Notes under the pieces: model-generated
Database searches by the model: none
Seen by the model: the letters and a program-made list of their open reading frames with translations, nothing else
Told to the model about the DNA's origin: nothing
Translations under genes and position numbers: made by a program
In this document: positions 43,897 through 52,372 of the stretch, piece by piece
Layout: each line of letters begins with the position of its first letter
Numbering within the stretch: position 1 is the stretch's first letter
NCBI GenBank assembly: GCA_029884425.1
Contig: JAOUHV010000009.1
Span: 1,571 to 65,570, forward strand
Direction of reading: 5' to 3'
Source of the DNA: Gammaproteobacteria bacterium
GTDB lineage: Bacteria > Pseudomonadota > Gammaproteobacteria > S012-40
DNA length: 64,000 nucleotides

Positions 43897-45987
43897 TTAT
43901 TTCTTAGCTGCTGCTTCGCGCTCTTTGGTTTCCTTGATAACGGCTTCAGCCACGTTGTTCGGGCATGGAGAATAACGCGCGAACTCCATGGAGAACTGAC
44001 CACGACCAGAAGTCATGGTACGCAGATCACCGATGTAACCGAACATTTCAGACAGTGGAGCTTCGGCCTTGATACGAACACCCGTAGATGCAGTATCCTG
44101 ACCCAGGATCATGCCGCGACGGCGGTTCAAGTCACCGATAACGTCACCTACGTGATCGTCTGGGGTAAACACGTCAACCTTCATGATCGGCTCCAGCAAC
44201 TGCGGGCCGGCCTTAGGCAAAGACTGGCGGTAAGCAGCGCGGGCAGCGATTTCGTAAGCGATCGCAGAAGAGTCAACCGCGTGGTAGCTACCGTCTGTCA
44301 GAGCAACCTTAACGTCCAAGCAGGGGAAGCCCGCCAGAACACCTTTGACCATGGACTCTCTGAAGCCCTTTTCAACCGCTGGCCAGAATTCGCGAGGTAC
44401 GTTACCACCGGTAACCTTGGACGCAAATTCAAAACCGCTGTTTGGCTCACCTGGCTCAATGGTGTAGTCAATTTTCGCAAACTGACCAGAACCACCGGTT
44501 TGCTTCTTGTGGGTGTAGCTGTCGTTAATTTTCTTGGTGATGGTTTCGCGGTAGGCAACCTGCGGCTTACCAACCACTACGTCTACACCATGGGTACGAC
44601 GCAAAATGTCGACCTTGATGTCCAGATGCAATTCGCCCATGCCCTTGATGATGGTTTCGCCTGAATCCTGGTCAGTTTCAACGCGGAAGGAAGGATCTTC
44701 CTGAACCATCTTGCCAATGGCGATACCCAGTTTCTCGGCAGCGCCCTTGTCTTTCGGAGCGATGGCGATAGAAATAACTGGCTCTGGGAACACCATCGGT
44801 TCCAGAGTCGCAGGTTTCTTTGGATCCGCCAGTGTGTGACCGGTCTGCACGTTCTTCATACCGATGACTGCAACGATGTCACCCGCCTGGGCGCCATCCA
44901 GTTCGATACGGTCGTTGGCCTGCATCTCTACGATACGGCCGATACGCTCGGTCTTGCCTGTAAAGGTATTCAGTACGGTGTCGCCTTTCTTCAGCGTACC
45001 GGAGTAAACACGGATAAAGGTCAGGGCGCCGAAACGGTCGTCCATGATCTTGAACGCCAGTGCGCGGAACGGGTAGGAAGTATCAACGATCGCGTGACCA
45101 CCGGTCTCGTTACCTTCCAAATCAACTTCAGGCTGTGGATCAACTTCTGTCGGGTTAGGCAGGTAATCAACCACGCCATCCAGCACCAGCTGCACGCCTT
45201 TGTTCTTGAACGAAGAACCACAGAACGTCGGGAAGAAGTCCAACTTGATTGTACCCTTACGGATGCAACGCTTCAGGTCTTCGACAGAAGGCTCTTTACC
45301 TTCCAGGTAGGCTTCCATCAGCTCGTCGTCTTGCTCAACCGCAGTTTCGATCAGCTCGGCGCGGTACTGCTTGGCCTTTTCCAGGTACTCAGCAGGAATC
45401 TCTTCAATCTTGTAGGCCATGGGGTCACCGGAGTCATCCCAGATCCATGCTTTCATGGTCAACAGGTCGATAACGCCAGAAAACTGGTCTTCGATACCGA
45501 TAGGCAGAGTCATTACCACAGGACGTGCGCCCAGGATTTTCTTCACCTGACCAACCACTTTGTAGAAGTCTGCGCCGATACGGTCCAGCTTGTTCACGTA
45601 GATGATACGGGCAACGCGTGAATCGTTCGCATAGCGCCAGTTGGTTTCTGACTGAGGCTCTACACCGCCGGAACCACAGAATACACCGATACCACCGTCC
45701 AGAACTTTCAGGGAGCGGTAAACTTCGATAGTGAAGTCAACGTGTCCAGGGGTGTCGATGACGTTGAAACGGTGACCGTTCCAGAAACAGGAAACCGCCG
45801 CCGACTGAATGGTGATACCACGCTCACGTTCCTGGTCCATGAAGTCTGTGGTAGCCGCGCCATCGTGTACTTCACCCAGCTTATGGATTTTACCGGTCAG
45901 CTTCAGGATACGCTCGGTGGTCGTGGTTTTACCCGCGTCTACGTGAGCAAAAATACCAATGTTTCTGTATTTGCTTAGATCAGTCAT
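43897..45987 (-). CDS. elongation factor G paralogue (EF-G2-like translational GTPase)
   Basis: 696 aa. G1-G4 motifs ([18 protein letters not shown]), EF-G domains II-V. Clearly EF-G-like ([45 protein letters not shown]) but diverged from canonical FusA. Confidence 0.85.
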   Translation of the reverse strand: MTDLSKYRNIGIFAHVDAGKTTTTERILKLTGKIHKLGEVHDGAATTDFMDQERERGITIQSAAVSCFWNGHRFNVIDTPGHVDFTIEVYRSLKVLDGGIGVFCGSGGVEPQSETNWRYANDSRVARIIYVNKLDRIGADFYKVVGQVKKILGARPVVMTLPIGIEDQFSGVIDLLTMKAWIWDDSGDPMAYKIEEIPAEYLEKAKQYRAELIETAVEQDDELMEAYLEGKEPSVEDLKRCIRKGTIKLDFFPTFCGSSFKNKGVQLVLDGVVDYLPNPTEVDPQPEVDLEGNETGGHAIVDTSYPFRALAFKIMDDRFGALTFIRVYSGTLKKGDTVLNTFTGKTERIGRIVEMQANDRIELDGAQAGDIVAVIGMKNVQTGHTLADPKKPATLEPMVFPEPVISIAIAPKDKGAAEKLGIAIGKMVQEDPSFRVETDQDSGETIIKGMGELHLDIKVDILRRTHGVDVVVGKPQVAYRETITKKINDSYTHKKQTGGSGQFAKIDYTIEPGEPNSGFEFASKVTGGNVPREFWPAVEKGFRESMVKGVLAGFPCLDVKVALTDGSYHAVDSSAIAYEIAARAAYRQSLPKAGPQLLEPIMKVDVFTPDDHVGDVIGDLNRRRGMILGQDTASTGVRIKAEAPLSEMFGYIGDLRTMTSGRGQFSMEFARYSPCPNNVAEAVIKETKEREAAAKK

Positions 45988-46330
45988 GGTTGCACTCTAT
46001 TCAAAAGGTGATTAACTAAAAATTCTTGCCACGGACAACACTCACAAGTCGCCAGACATATTCTTAAGAAAAACAATACGTTATATTCAGGCTCAGGGAC
46101 AAAAGCGACCCATCAGGCTGTCGTTTCGTGCGCTCGGGCAGAGTCAAAGCGCGCTATTTTACCCTGAAATCGTCGTAAAACCAGCAAAATAGCGTCAGAA
46201 TTTTCCTGACTCCGCTCAACGACTCATTTAGCACGCAGCCTCTCGCCCAAATTTCAGGCTCTGCATTCTAAATCCACATTGGCACACATAGAGTTGTTTC
46301 TGCATTTTGAAGCCATGCCCAGCGCCTGAA

Positions 46331-46867
46331 TTATTGCCAGCGCGTCAGCACGACGTTCAGCGTTTGTTGACCATCGCTCACCCAGCACGCATCCTCGTCC
46401 AACGTAACCTGCAAGCGCATGCTGCGCTGACACATCTGCGCCAGACCTGCGACGGAGTCATCGTCCAGCGCATACACCATCAGATTTTCCAGGCGCTGCA
46501 ATTTGTCCTGGCTTTGTTTCCACCATTGTTGCGCTGCAGCAGGTTGATAGGTGTAGACCTTCACCTGCTCGGCCAGATGCGATGCCTTGCGCAGGCGCTT
46601 TTCATCGACTTGCCCCAGATCAATCCACAGCTCGACATCGCCATGCAGATTTTTTTGCCACACGTCGGGTTCATCATCGCTGGAGATACCGCGACCAAAC
46701 TGCAGGGTTTCGCTGGCATTGAGCGCAAACGCCAGTAACCGCACCATCATCCGCGCATCATTTTCGGAGGGATGGCAAGCAATGGTCAGTGCATGGGTTT
46801 GGTAGTAGTGACGCAGCAGATCACTGACCGTCAGTTCGGCTTTGAAAATGGTGGATTTGAGAGCCAT
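46331..46867 (-). CDS. yaeQ: YaeQ-family protein
   Basis: 178 aa, collinear with E. coli YaeQ (ALTIACHPSENDARMMVRLLAFAL .. DEPD.W.KN .. WIDLG). Confidence 0.8.
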   Translation of the reverse strand: MALKSTIFKAELTVSDLLRHYYQTHALTIACHPSENDARMMVRLLAFALNASETLQFGRGISSDDEPDVWQKNLHGDVELWIDLGQVDEKRLRKASHLAEQVKVYTYQPAAAQQWWKQSQDKLQRLENLMVYALDDDSVAGLAQMCQRSMRLQVTLDEDACWVSDGQQTLNVVLTRWQ

Positions 46868-46885
46868 GAATTCCTCGAATTGGCG

Positions 46886-47239
46886 CTAATGCAATGATGG
46901 GGGCAGGTCGTCGTCAACACTGACCAGTGGCTGCGGCAAATCCATGACCAGATAATCGCGGCGATTGCCAATCATCGCCACCACGCCTTCACGACGCTCA
47001 TCGCCGGTGCAACTGAATTCAAAACCAAAATAGCGCACCAACACCCAACCACGACGGGCGGAACGTTTGATTTTCATGCTTTTCAACGCCACCGACTGAT
47101 CCAGCAATTGCACACCTTCGCGATTGCAGGCCGTCAGTGCAATACGCTGGGCATGTTCACGGGCCTGGGTGGTTTTCCACCAGAATACACCCGCCAGAAA
47201 TAGCAGCAGCACAATCACGATATCCAGCAAATCGATCAT
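46886..47239 (-). CDS. DUF3301-like small membrane-anchored protein
   Basis: 117 aa with one N-terminal TM helix. Sits between ylqF and yaeQ in an apparent operon. Confidence 0.45.
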   Translation of the reverse strand: MIDLLDIVIVLLLFLAGVFWWKTTQAREHAQRIALTACNREGVQLLDQSVALKSMKIKRSARRGWVLVRYFGFEFSCTGDERREGVVAMIGNRRDYLVMDLPQPLVSVDDDLPPSLH

Positions 47240-47250
47240 GACGATATGGC

Positions 47251-48162
47251 CTATTCCTCGTCGTCTTGCGCAGGTGGTTCTGCCGCTTTGCGCTCAGCCA
47301 TGACCTGCATGCGTTGCTGTATCGACTGCGGTGACTCCAAGGTTAAATTACCCAGAGCACCGGCACGATAATCGTGCAGCAACACTTCAGCCGCTTTGTT
47401 CATGTCCAGTTTGCCTCCCGCACGCACACCGCCGCGCTTGCGCGCAATGATTTCCAGCAGGTCGATATTGTCCTTGGGTGGTTCGGTCAGTTTGTAGCGT
47501 GCGCAAATCTGCGCCGGATAATGCTGCAGCAAATAGGCCGCTGCGTAACTGGCAATATCTTCAAATTCAATGGCGGTATTTTTCACCGCGCCAGTCAGCG
47601 CCAGCAAATATCCGCTGTCTTCGTCTTCAATTTTGGGCCAGAGTATCCCCGGCGTATCGCACAGCATGACGCCGTCATCCATGCGAATCATTTGATTGGT
47701 TTTGGTAACCGCCGGTTCGTTGCCGGTTTTCGCCAGATTACGTCCGGTCAACGCATTGATGATGGTGGACTTGCCCACATTGGGAATGCCCATGATCATG
47801 ATACGCACAGGCCGGACTTCGTAATTGCGCTCTGGCAGCATTTTTTTGCATTGAGCCACTGCCTGATTGATCGCAGAACGGGTCGAGCCCTTGTTCTCAG
47901 CCACCACGGCAACGGCCTTGACGCGGTCCTGCTGCTCAAAATGACTGATCCACTGTTTGCTCAACTGCGGGTCTGCCAAATCGCTTTTATTTAACACCTT
48001 GATGCAAGGCCGCGATTGACGCAAATTGGCCACCAGAGGGTTCTCGCTGCTGTAAGGGATACGGGCATCCAACACCTCAATCACGATGTCGATCTTGCCC
48101 ATTGCCTCTTTGATACTTTTCCGGGCCTTGTGCATATGCCCGGGGAACCACTGAACCGCCAT
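47251..48162 (-). CDS. rbgA: ribosome biogenesis GTPase A (YlqF/RbgA, circularly permuted GTPase)
   Basis: 303 aa. Permuted G-motif order: G4 (NKSDL), G1 (GIPNVGKST), G3 (DTPG). N-terminus MAVQWFPGHMHKARK typical of YlqF. Confidence 0.85.
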   Translation of the reverse strand: MAVQWFPGHMHKARKSIKEAMGKIDIVIEVLDARIPYSSENPLVANLRQSRPCIKVLNKSDLADPQLSKQWISHFEQQDRVKAVAVVAENKGSTRSAINQAVAQCKKMLPERNYEVRPVRIMIMGIPNVGKSTIINALTGRNLAKTGNEPAVTKTNQMIRMDDGVMLCDTPGILWPKIEDEDSGYLLALTGAVKNTAIEFEDIASYAAAYLLQHYPAQICARYKLTEPPKDNIDLLEIIARKRGGVRAGGKLDMNKAAEVLLHDYRAGALGNLTLESPQSIQQRMQVMAERKAAEPPAQDDEE

Positions 48163-48298
48163 TTTTATTTACCCGCTTTAAGCTTCGCGCCATTTTAGCA
48201 AATTAGCATCAGGCTATCGCCGTCTGCTTTTCGAGACAGTTAAACTGGCCCCGCAGATGGTTTATGATTAGTGACCAATTTTTCACCAGGAACCCGCT

Positions 48299-50176
48299 AT
48301 GCGCCCGCTGATCGCTGTGAAACTTAGACCCGCTCTGGTTGGCATCCTGCTCGCCAGCCCGGCCCTAGCTCAGGACCCACAATACAGCATTACCGATCTG
48401 GGCCCCATCGGTTATCTGACGGACGAATACAACACCGCCATCAACCAGACACTGCAAGTCAACGACAACGGCCTGGTGGTCGGCTCCACCTGGGCTGCCG
48501 ACAGCACCCAGCGCGCAGTGGTGTTTGAGGCTGGCAGCAGCCAGTTCAGCCAACTTCCCAGCACCAGCAGTGCCGCAGCCAACGGCGTGAACAATGCCGG
48601 CGTTGCCGTAGGCTGGTACAAGGACAGCTCGCAGACTATCGTCGCCTGCCAGTGGAAAAAAATCAGTGGCAGCTGGACTCTGCAACCGCTGCCTCTGCTA
48701 TCAGGCTATTCCAGCAGCAAAGCCTGGGCGATTAATGACAACGGCGTCATCGTCGGCAGTGTCAACGACGGCAGCAACGATTACGCGGCTTACTGGCCCA
48801 ATGCCAGTGCCAATCCCATTTTGATCGCCGGTGGCTTTGTTGGTGCCGCCTACGGCATCAACAACCAGGGCAAGATCAGCGGCATCAGCGGAAAGGTTGG
48901 CAACTACAGCCAGAGCAACGGCTTTGTCTGGCAACCTGGCAACGGCAGCCCGGCCTTACTGCCTCATCTGGTCAACAGCTTAGGCACCGGCACCACCAAC
49001 TGGGGTGGCATCGACATTAACGAATCCGGCAATGTGGTGGGCGGCAGCGGCACCTGGTTCGCCTGGAGCAACTGGAGCCAGTCTGTCAGCCAAATCACCC
49101 ACCCCTACGTGTGGAACAGCGACAGCGGCATTACCGACATCAACCCCGGCAGCCCGCAAACTGCCTGGGCCAACAGCATTAACGACGCTGGTTATGTCGT
49201 CGGCGAAATCGTGGCTGCCGCCGCCTGGAACATCAATCAGGTATGGCCAGTACAGCCGCCCTCACCCAATGACGCAGTTCTTGTTCGCGATGCCTTCGTC
49301 TACCGCCAGGAACTGGATGCCAACGATGTCGCCGTCTGGCGCGAATACAAACTGTGGAATCAGATTCCATTAGCCGAACAACCGCTTTGGCATTTTTACA
49401 AAGCCAGCGACAACAGCAACATCGGTCACATCGTCGGCCTGGCGGGCAAAAAGGACGCCGATGGCAAATACCAGTGGCATGGCTATCTGCTCACCCCGGC
49501 GGTGGCCGATTTGGCCCTCACCCAGAGCATTGGTCTGGTCGGCGGCAATGCCAAAGCCACCACCCGTAGCTTGACATTCAGTAATCTGGAAACAGACACC
49601 CCGGTGCAAATGAGCCTCACCGTCAACAACCGTGGACCACTGACCGCCCATCAGGTGACGCTCACTGCCAAATTACCCAAAGGCTTGAGCGTTGCAGCGA
49701 TCAACGGCAACAATTGCAGCACCAGCAGCGATGCCTCGCAAAACACCGTACTGCAATGCGTACTGCCCAGCCTGGCAGTGCATCAATCCGCGCAATTTAG
49801 CGCCGAATTCAGTGCCAACGCCGCAGGTGAATATCTGGTCGACACCAGCGTCAGCTCGGACGAACTGGACAGCCTGAACAATGCCGACAACCGTCGCCAA
49901 CATCTCATTACTGTCACAGCGAAAAGCATCAGCATCGTACCTCAACCGAATCCCTTGCCCGAGCCGCTGCCAGTCAATCCGCCGATAGACAATCCGCCAG
50001 CCGCGGACGATCCCACCCCACCGCCGGCTGAAAACAACAGCCCAACGGGTGATGCCAGCACCGACGCACCCGTCCAAAACGACGATGGCGACAACGCCTC
50101 GGCCTTGTCGCCCTGGCAACTGCTCATGCTGCTGCCGCTGCTGGGACGCATCCGCCGCCGCTGGCGCTCGGCATGA
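48299..50176 (+). CDS. secreted HAF-repeat / DUF11-repeat protein with C-terminal hydrophobic-basic sorting-signal-like tail
   Basis: 625 aa. Signal peptide (LASPALA) and multiple (I/V)NDxGxVVG HAF-type repeats. A DUF11-like domain (LTVNNRGPLTAHQVTLTAKLPKGL) and a Pro-rich linker follow. C-terminus ..ALSPWQLLMLLPLLGRIRRRWRSA. Confidence 0.6.
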   Translation: MRPLIAVKLRPALVGILLASPALAQDPQYSITDLGPIGYLTDEYNTAINQTLQVNDNGLVVGSTWAADSTQRAVVFEAGSSQFSQLPSTSSAAANGVNNAGVAVGWYKDSSQTIVACQWKKISGSWTLQPLPLLSGYSSSKAWAINDNGVIVGSVNDGSNDYAAYWPNASANPILIAGGFVGAAYGINNQGKISGISGKVGNYSQSNGFVWQPGNGSPALLPHLVNSLGTGTTNWGGIDINESGNVVGGSGTWFAWSNWSQSVSQITHPYVWNSDSGITDINPGSPQTAWANSINDAGYVVGEIVAAAAWNINQVWPVQPPSPNDAVLVRDAFVYRQELDANDVAVWREYKLWNQIPLAEQPLWHFYKASDNSNIGHIVGLAGKKDADGKYQWHGYLLTPAVADLALTQSIGLVGGNAKATTRSLTFSNLETDTPVQMSLTVNNRGPLTAHQVTLTAKLPKGLSVAAINGNNCSTSSDASQNTVLQCVLPSLAVHQSAQFSAEFSANAAGEYLVDTSVSSDELDSLNNADNRRQHLITVTAKSISIVPQPNPLPEPLPVNPPIDNPPAADDPTPPPAENNSPTGDASTDAPVQNDDGDNASALSPWQLLMLLPLLGRIRRRWRSA

Positions 50177-50778
50177 GCCAGCGCAAAACCGTCGATATTC
50201 TGCGTCAGCAGGTCGGCTACGACGGTTTTTTTAAGCTATCGAAGTTCCGCCTGCGCCACTCGCTGTTCAACGGCAGCATGAGCCGCGAAATGAGTCGCGA
50301 ATTGTTTGAGCGCGGCCATGCCGTGGCCATGCTGCCCTACGACCCACAGCGCGATGAACTGGTACTGCTGGAGCAATTTCGCATTGGCGCACTGCACGAC
50401 CCCAACGGTCCGTGGTTAACCGAAATCGTCGCTGGCATGATCAAGGATGACGAACGCGCCGAAGACGTTGCCCGCCGCGAAGCCCTGGAAGAAGCCGGCT
50501 GCGAGATCAATTCCCTCGTTCACATTCTCAACTATTACGTCAGTCCCGGTGGCACGTCTGAAACCATCGCGCTGTACTGCGGCTTGATCGACAGCAGTTT
50601 GGTCAAGGAAGGCATTTACGGACTGGACGAAGAAAACGAAGACATTCGCGTTTTCAAAGTCAGCTACGATCAGGCGATCCACTGGTTGCGCAGTGGCAAA
50701 ATCAATTCCGCCGCACCCATCATCGCTCTGCAGTGGCTGATGATGAATCGCGAACAACTGCGGCAACAATCAGGCTAG
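50173..50778 (+). CDS. nudF: ADP-ribose pyrophosphatase (Nudix)
   Basis: 201 aa, collinear with E. coli NudF (YRGFF.L..YRFRH.LFNG.MS.E..RE.FERGHA ... Nudix box EDVARREALEEAG ... DENEDIRV). The start overlaps the upstream stop (ATGA). Confidence 0.85.
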   Translation: MSQRKTVDILRQQVGYDGFFKLSKFRLRHSLFNGSMSREMSRELFERGHAVAMLPYDPQRDELVLLEQFRIGALHDPNGPWLTEIVAGMIKDDERAEDVARREALEEAGCEINSLVHILNYYVSPGGTSETIALYCGLIDSSLVKEGIYGLDEENEDIRVFKVSYDQAIHWLRSGKINSAAPIIALQWLMMNREQLRQQSG

Positions 50779-51878
50779 AGACGCTGCAAAATTTGCGCGC
50801 GCGAAATCAGGCCCAATAATTTGCTGTGCTCATCAACCACCGCCACATATTCGCCCTCGTATTGGGCAAATTGTGGAATCAGCTCGGACAACAACATGTT
50901 CGGCGACACATGCAGCAGTTCAGAGCGCATTAACTGCCCCACCACTTCGTGTTTGTCCGAATCATGGCCCGGTGTACGTTGCAACAGCCGATGCAGTTTT
51001 TCCACAAACCGTTCAGGCTGCCCCACCTCCACCGCATGCATCATTTCGCGCAGCGTTAACATACCCATGACGTGATCAAAAGCATCGACCACAGGCAGCT
51101 CAACCAATCGATGCTCGCGCATCATGTGCCAGGCTTTATCCAGCTCTGTGCCATATTGCACCGTCAGCACATCAACCTGCATCACATCACTGCAACGCAC
51201 CGCGCCCAATTGGCGAATGCGTGAATGCATGCGTGCCTGATAATAAATTTTTTGTAAATCGGATTCGGACACATCAACAAAACCATCCATGTCGCGCAGC
51301 GCCTCGGTCAAATCCTCGGCGGAAAAATCCTGCGGTTTGCGCTGTTCACTCGCCAGCAACTCCGTGCTTTGTGGATAACGCCGACCTGGCAGCAAATTAT
51401 TCAGCAGCAACGCCGCCAGCAGAATCAGCAATACGTTCAGCAACACCGGCGTGATTAGAAATTTGTATCCCAACGCGTGAATATGTTCATCACCCACGAC
51501 AGCCACCAACGCCGCTGCTCCGCCCGGCGGATGCAAACAGCGCAGTTGCTGCATCAGCGCAATCGACACCGCCACCGCCAATGCCGCAGCCAAAGCCCAG
51601 TTGCCTATCCACTGGACGCAGGTCACTCCAACCGCTACCGACACCATGTGTCCGGCAAATACTGCCCAAGGATGCGAAAAACGACTGCCAGGCACGGCAA
51701 ACAACAACACGGCGGATGCCCCCATTGAGGCAATCATCAACGGCACCGCTGCACCGGACAAAAAGTGATGACTAATCCCGGCCACAAACAAGATGCTGAG
51801 CAAGGCCGCCACAAACGCAAACAGCCGTTCGCTAGCACTGGTTACATCGGCCTGGGGAATGAATCGCTGGTACCACAT
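50775..51878 (-). CDS. HPP-family membrane protein with tandem C-terminal CBS domains
   Basis: 367 aa. 4-5 TM helices with an LHPPGGA (HPP) motif, then two CBS domains. Confidence 0.75.
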   Translation of the reverse strand: MWYQRFIPQADVTSASERLFAFVAALLSILFVAGISHHFLSGAAVPLMIASMGASAVLLFAVPGSRFSHPWAVFAGHMVSVAVGVTCVQWIGNWALAAALAVAVSIALMQQLRCLHPPGGAAALVAVVGDEHIHALGYKFLITPVLLNVLLILLAALLLNNLLPGRRYPQSTELLASEQRKPQDFSAEDLTEALRDMDGFVDVSESDLQKIYYQARMHSRIRQLGAVRCSDVMQVDVLTVQYGTELDKAWHMMREHRLVELPVVDAFDHVMGMLTLREMMHAVEVGQPERFVEKLHRLLQRTPGHDSDKHEVVGQLMRSELLHVSPNMLLSELIPQFAQYEGEYVAVVDEHSKLLGLISRAQILQRL

Positions 51879-52028
51879 GTATAGACCCGTTGGTTTTTTC
51901 TGACATTATTCCACAATTAGCGTCCTATCTTTTGATTAACACAGTCGTGATTAGCTAACAGATCAGCCCCAACCAATATCAGCCATTACAAAACAATAAG
52001 TTACGACTCTAGCAAGCACTAAAGTCCG

Positions 52029-52057
52029 AAAAAAAAGCCGCGACACCAGGTCGCGGC
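52029..52057 (-). terminator. orphan minus-strand intrinsic terminator in the divergent intergenic region upstream of the GRE operon
   Basis: Minus strand reads GCCGCGAC-ctggt-GTCGCGGC followed by U8 (plus strand shows the A8 run at 52029-52036). No minus-strand ORF of 30 aa or more lies upstream of it between 52058 and 52372. Confidence 0.5.
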
Positions 52058-52298
52058 CAAGGGACTACGGAGCAAAAATTGCGCGTGAGAATCGGGTACT
52101 TTACCAACCACCCAAACTCTTCGCCGTTATCGCCAGCCCCCCCATACCAACTGAAGCCACAATCGTCCTGTTCACAAAAATTTTACCCGCAGCAATCACT
52201 CACCACCCAGCCAGAATCATTCGTTCCGTCAGCCTGTCTTTTCTGCCTAAAACCAAGGGAATAGCCTCATAAATTGTCACGTTTCCTTTACTATCCCT

Positions 52299-52328
52299 AT
52301 TGGAAAGCCCTCCCTCATCTCTCTATAC
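52299..52328 (+). promoter_or_regulatory. candidate sigma70 promoter of the GRE operon
   Basis: TTGGAA, 18-nt spacer, TATACT. About 45 nt upstream of the GRE start codon. A GAGG Shine-Dalgarno sits 9 nt before the ATG at 52373. Confidence 0.35.
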
Positions 52329-52372
52329 TGGAGGTGAGCCCTTTTCCACCCAAATCTTTGAGGCATCTACTC

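Noticed and set aside
43864-45621. Plus-strand ORFs 43864-44664 and 44836-45621
   Set aside because: Both are antisense to the EF-G paralogue, whose GTPase motifs and length fix the minus-strand frame.
47374-47994. 206-aa plus-strand ORF
   Set aside because: It is antisense to ylqF/rbgA, which has clear GTPase motifs. No support for a second gene.
52079-52264. 61-aa plus-strand ORF in the operon's upstream region
   Set aside because: It has no Shine-Dalgarno and a Pro/Ser/Gln-rich low-complexity product. The region is more plausibly promoter and leader, with a possible antisense small RNA.
52260-52300. Possible FNR/CRP-type activator site (TTGTCACGTTTCC...) upstream of the candidate promoter
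   Set aside because: It is not palindromic and matches neither the TTGAT-N4-ATCAA nor the TGTGA-N6-TCACA consensus well enough to call from sequence alone.
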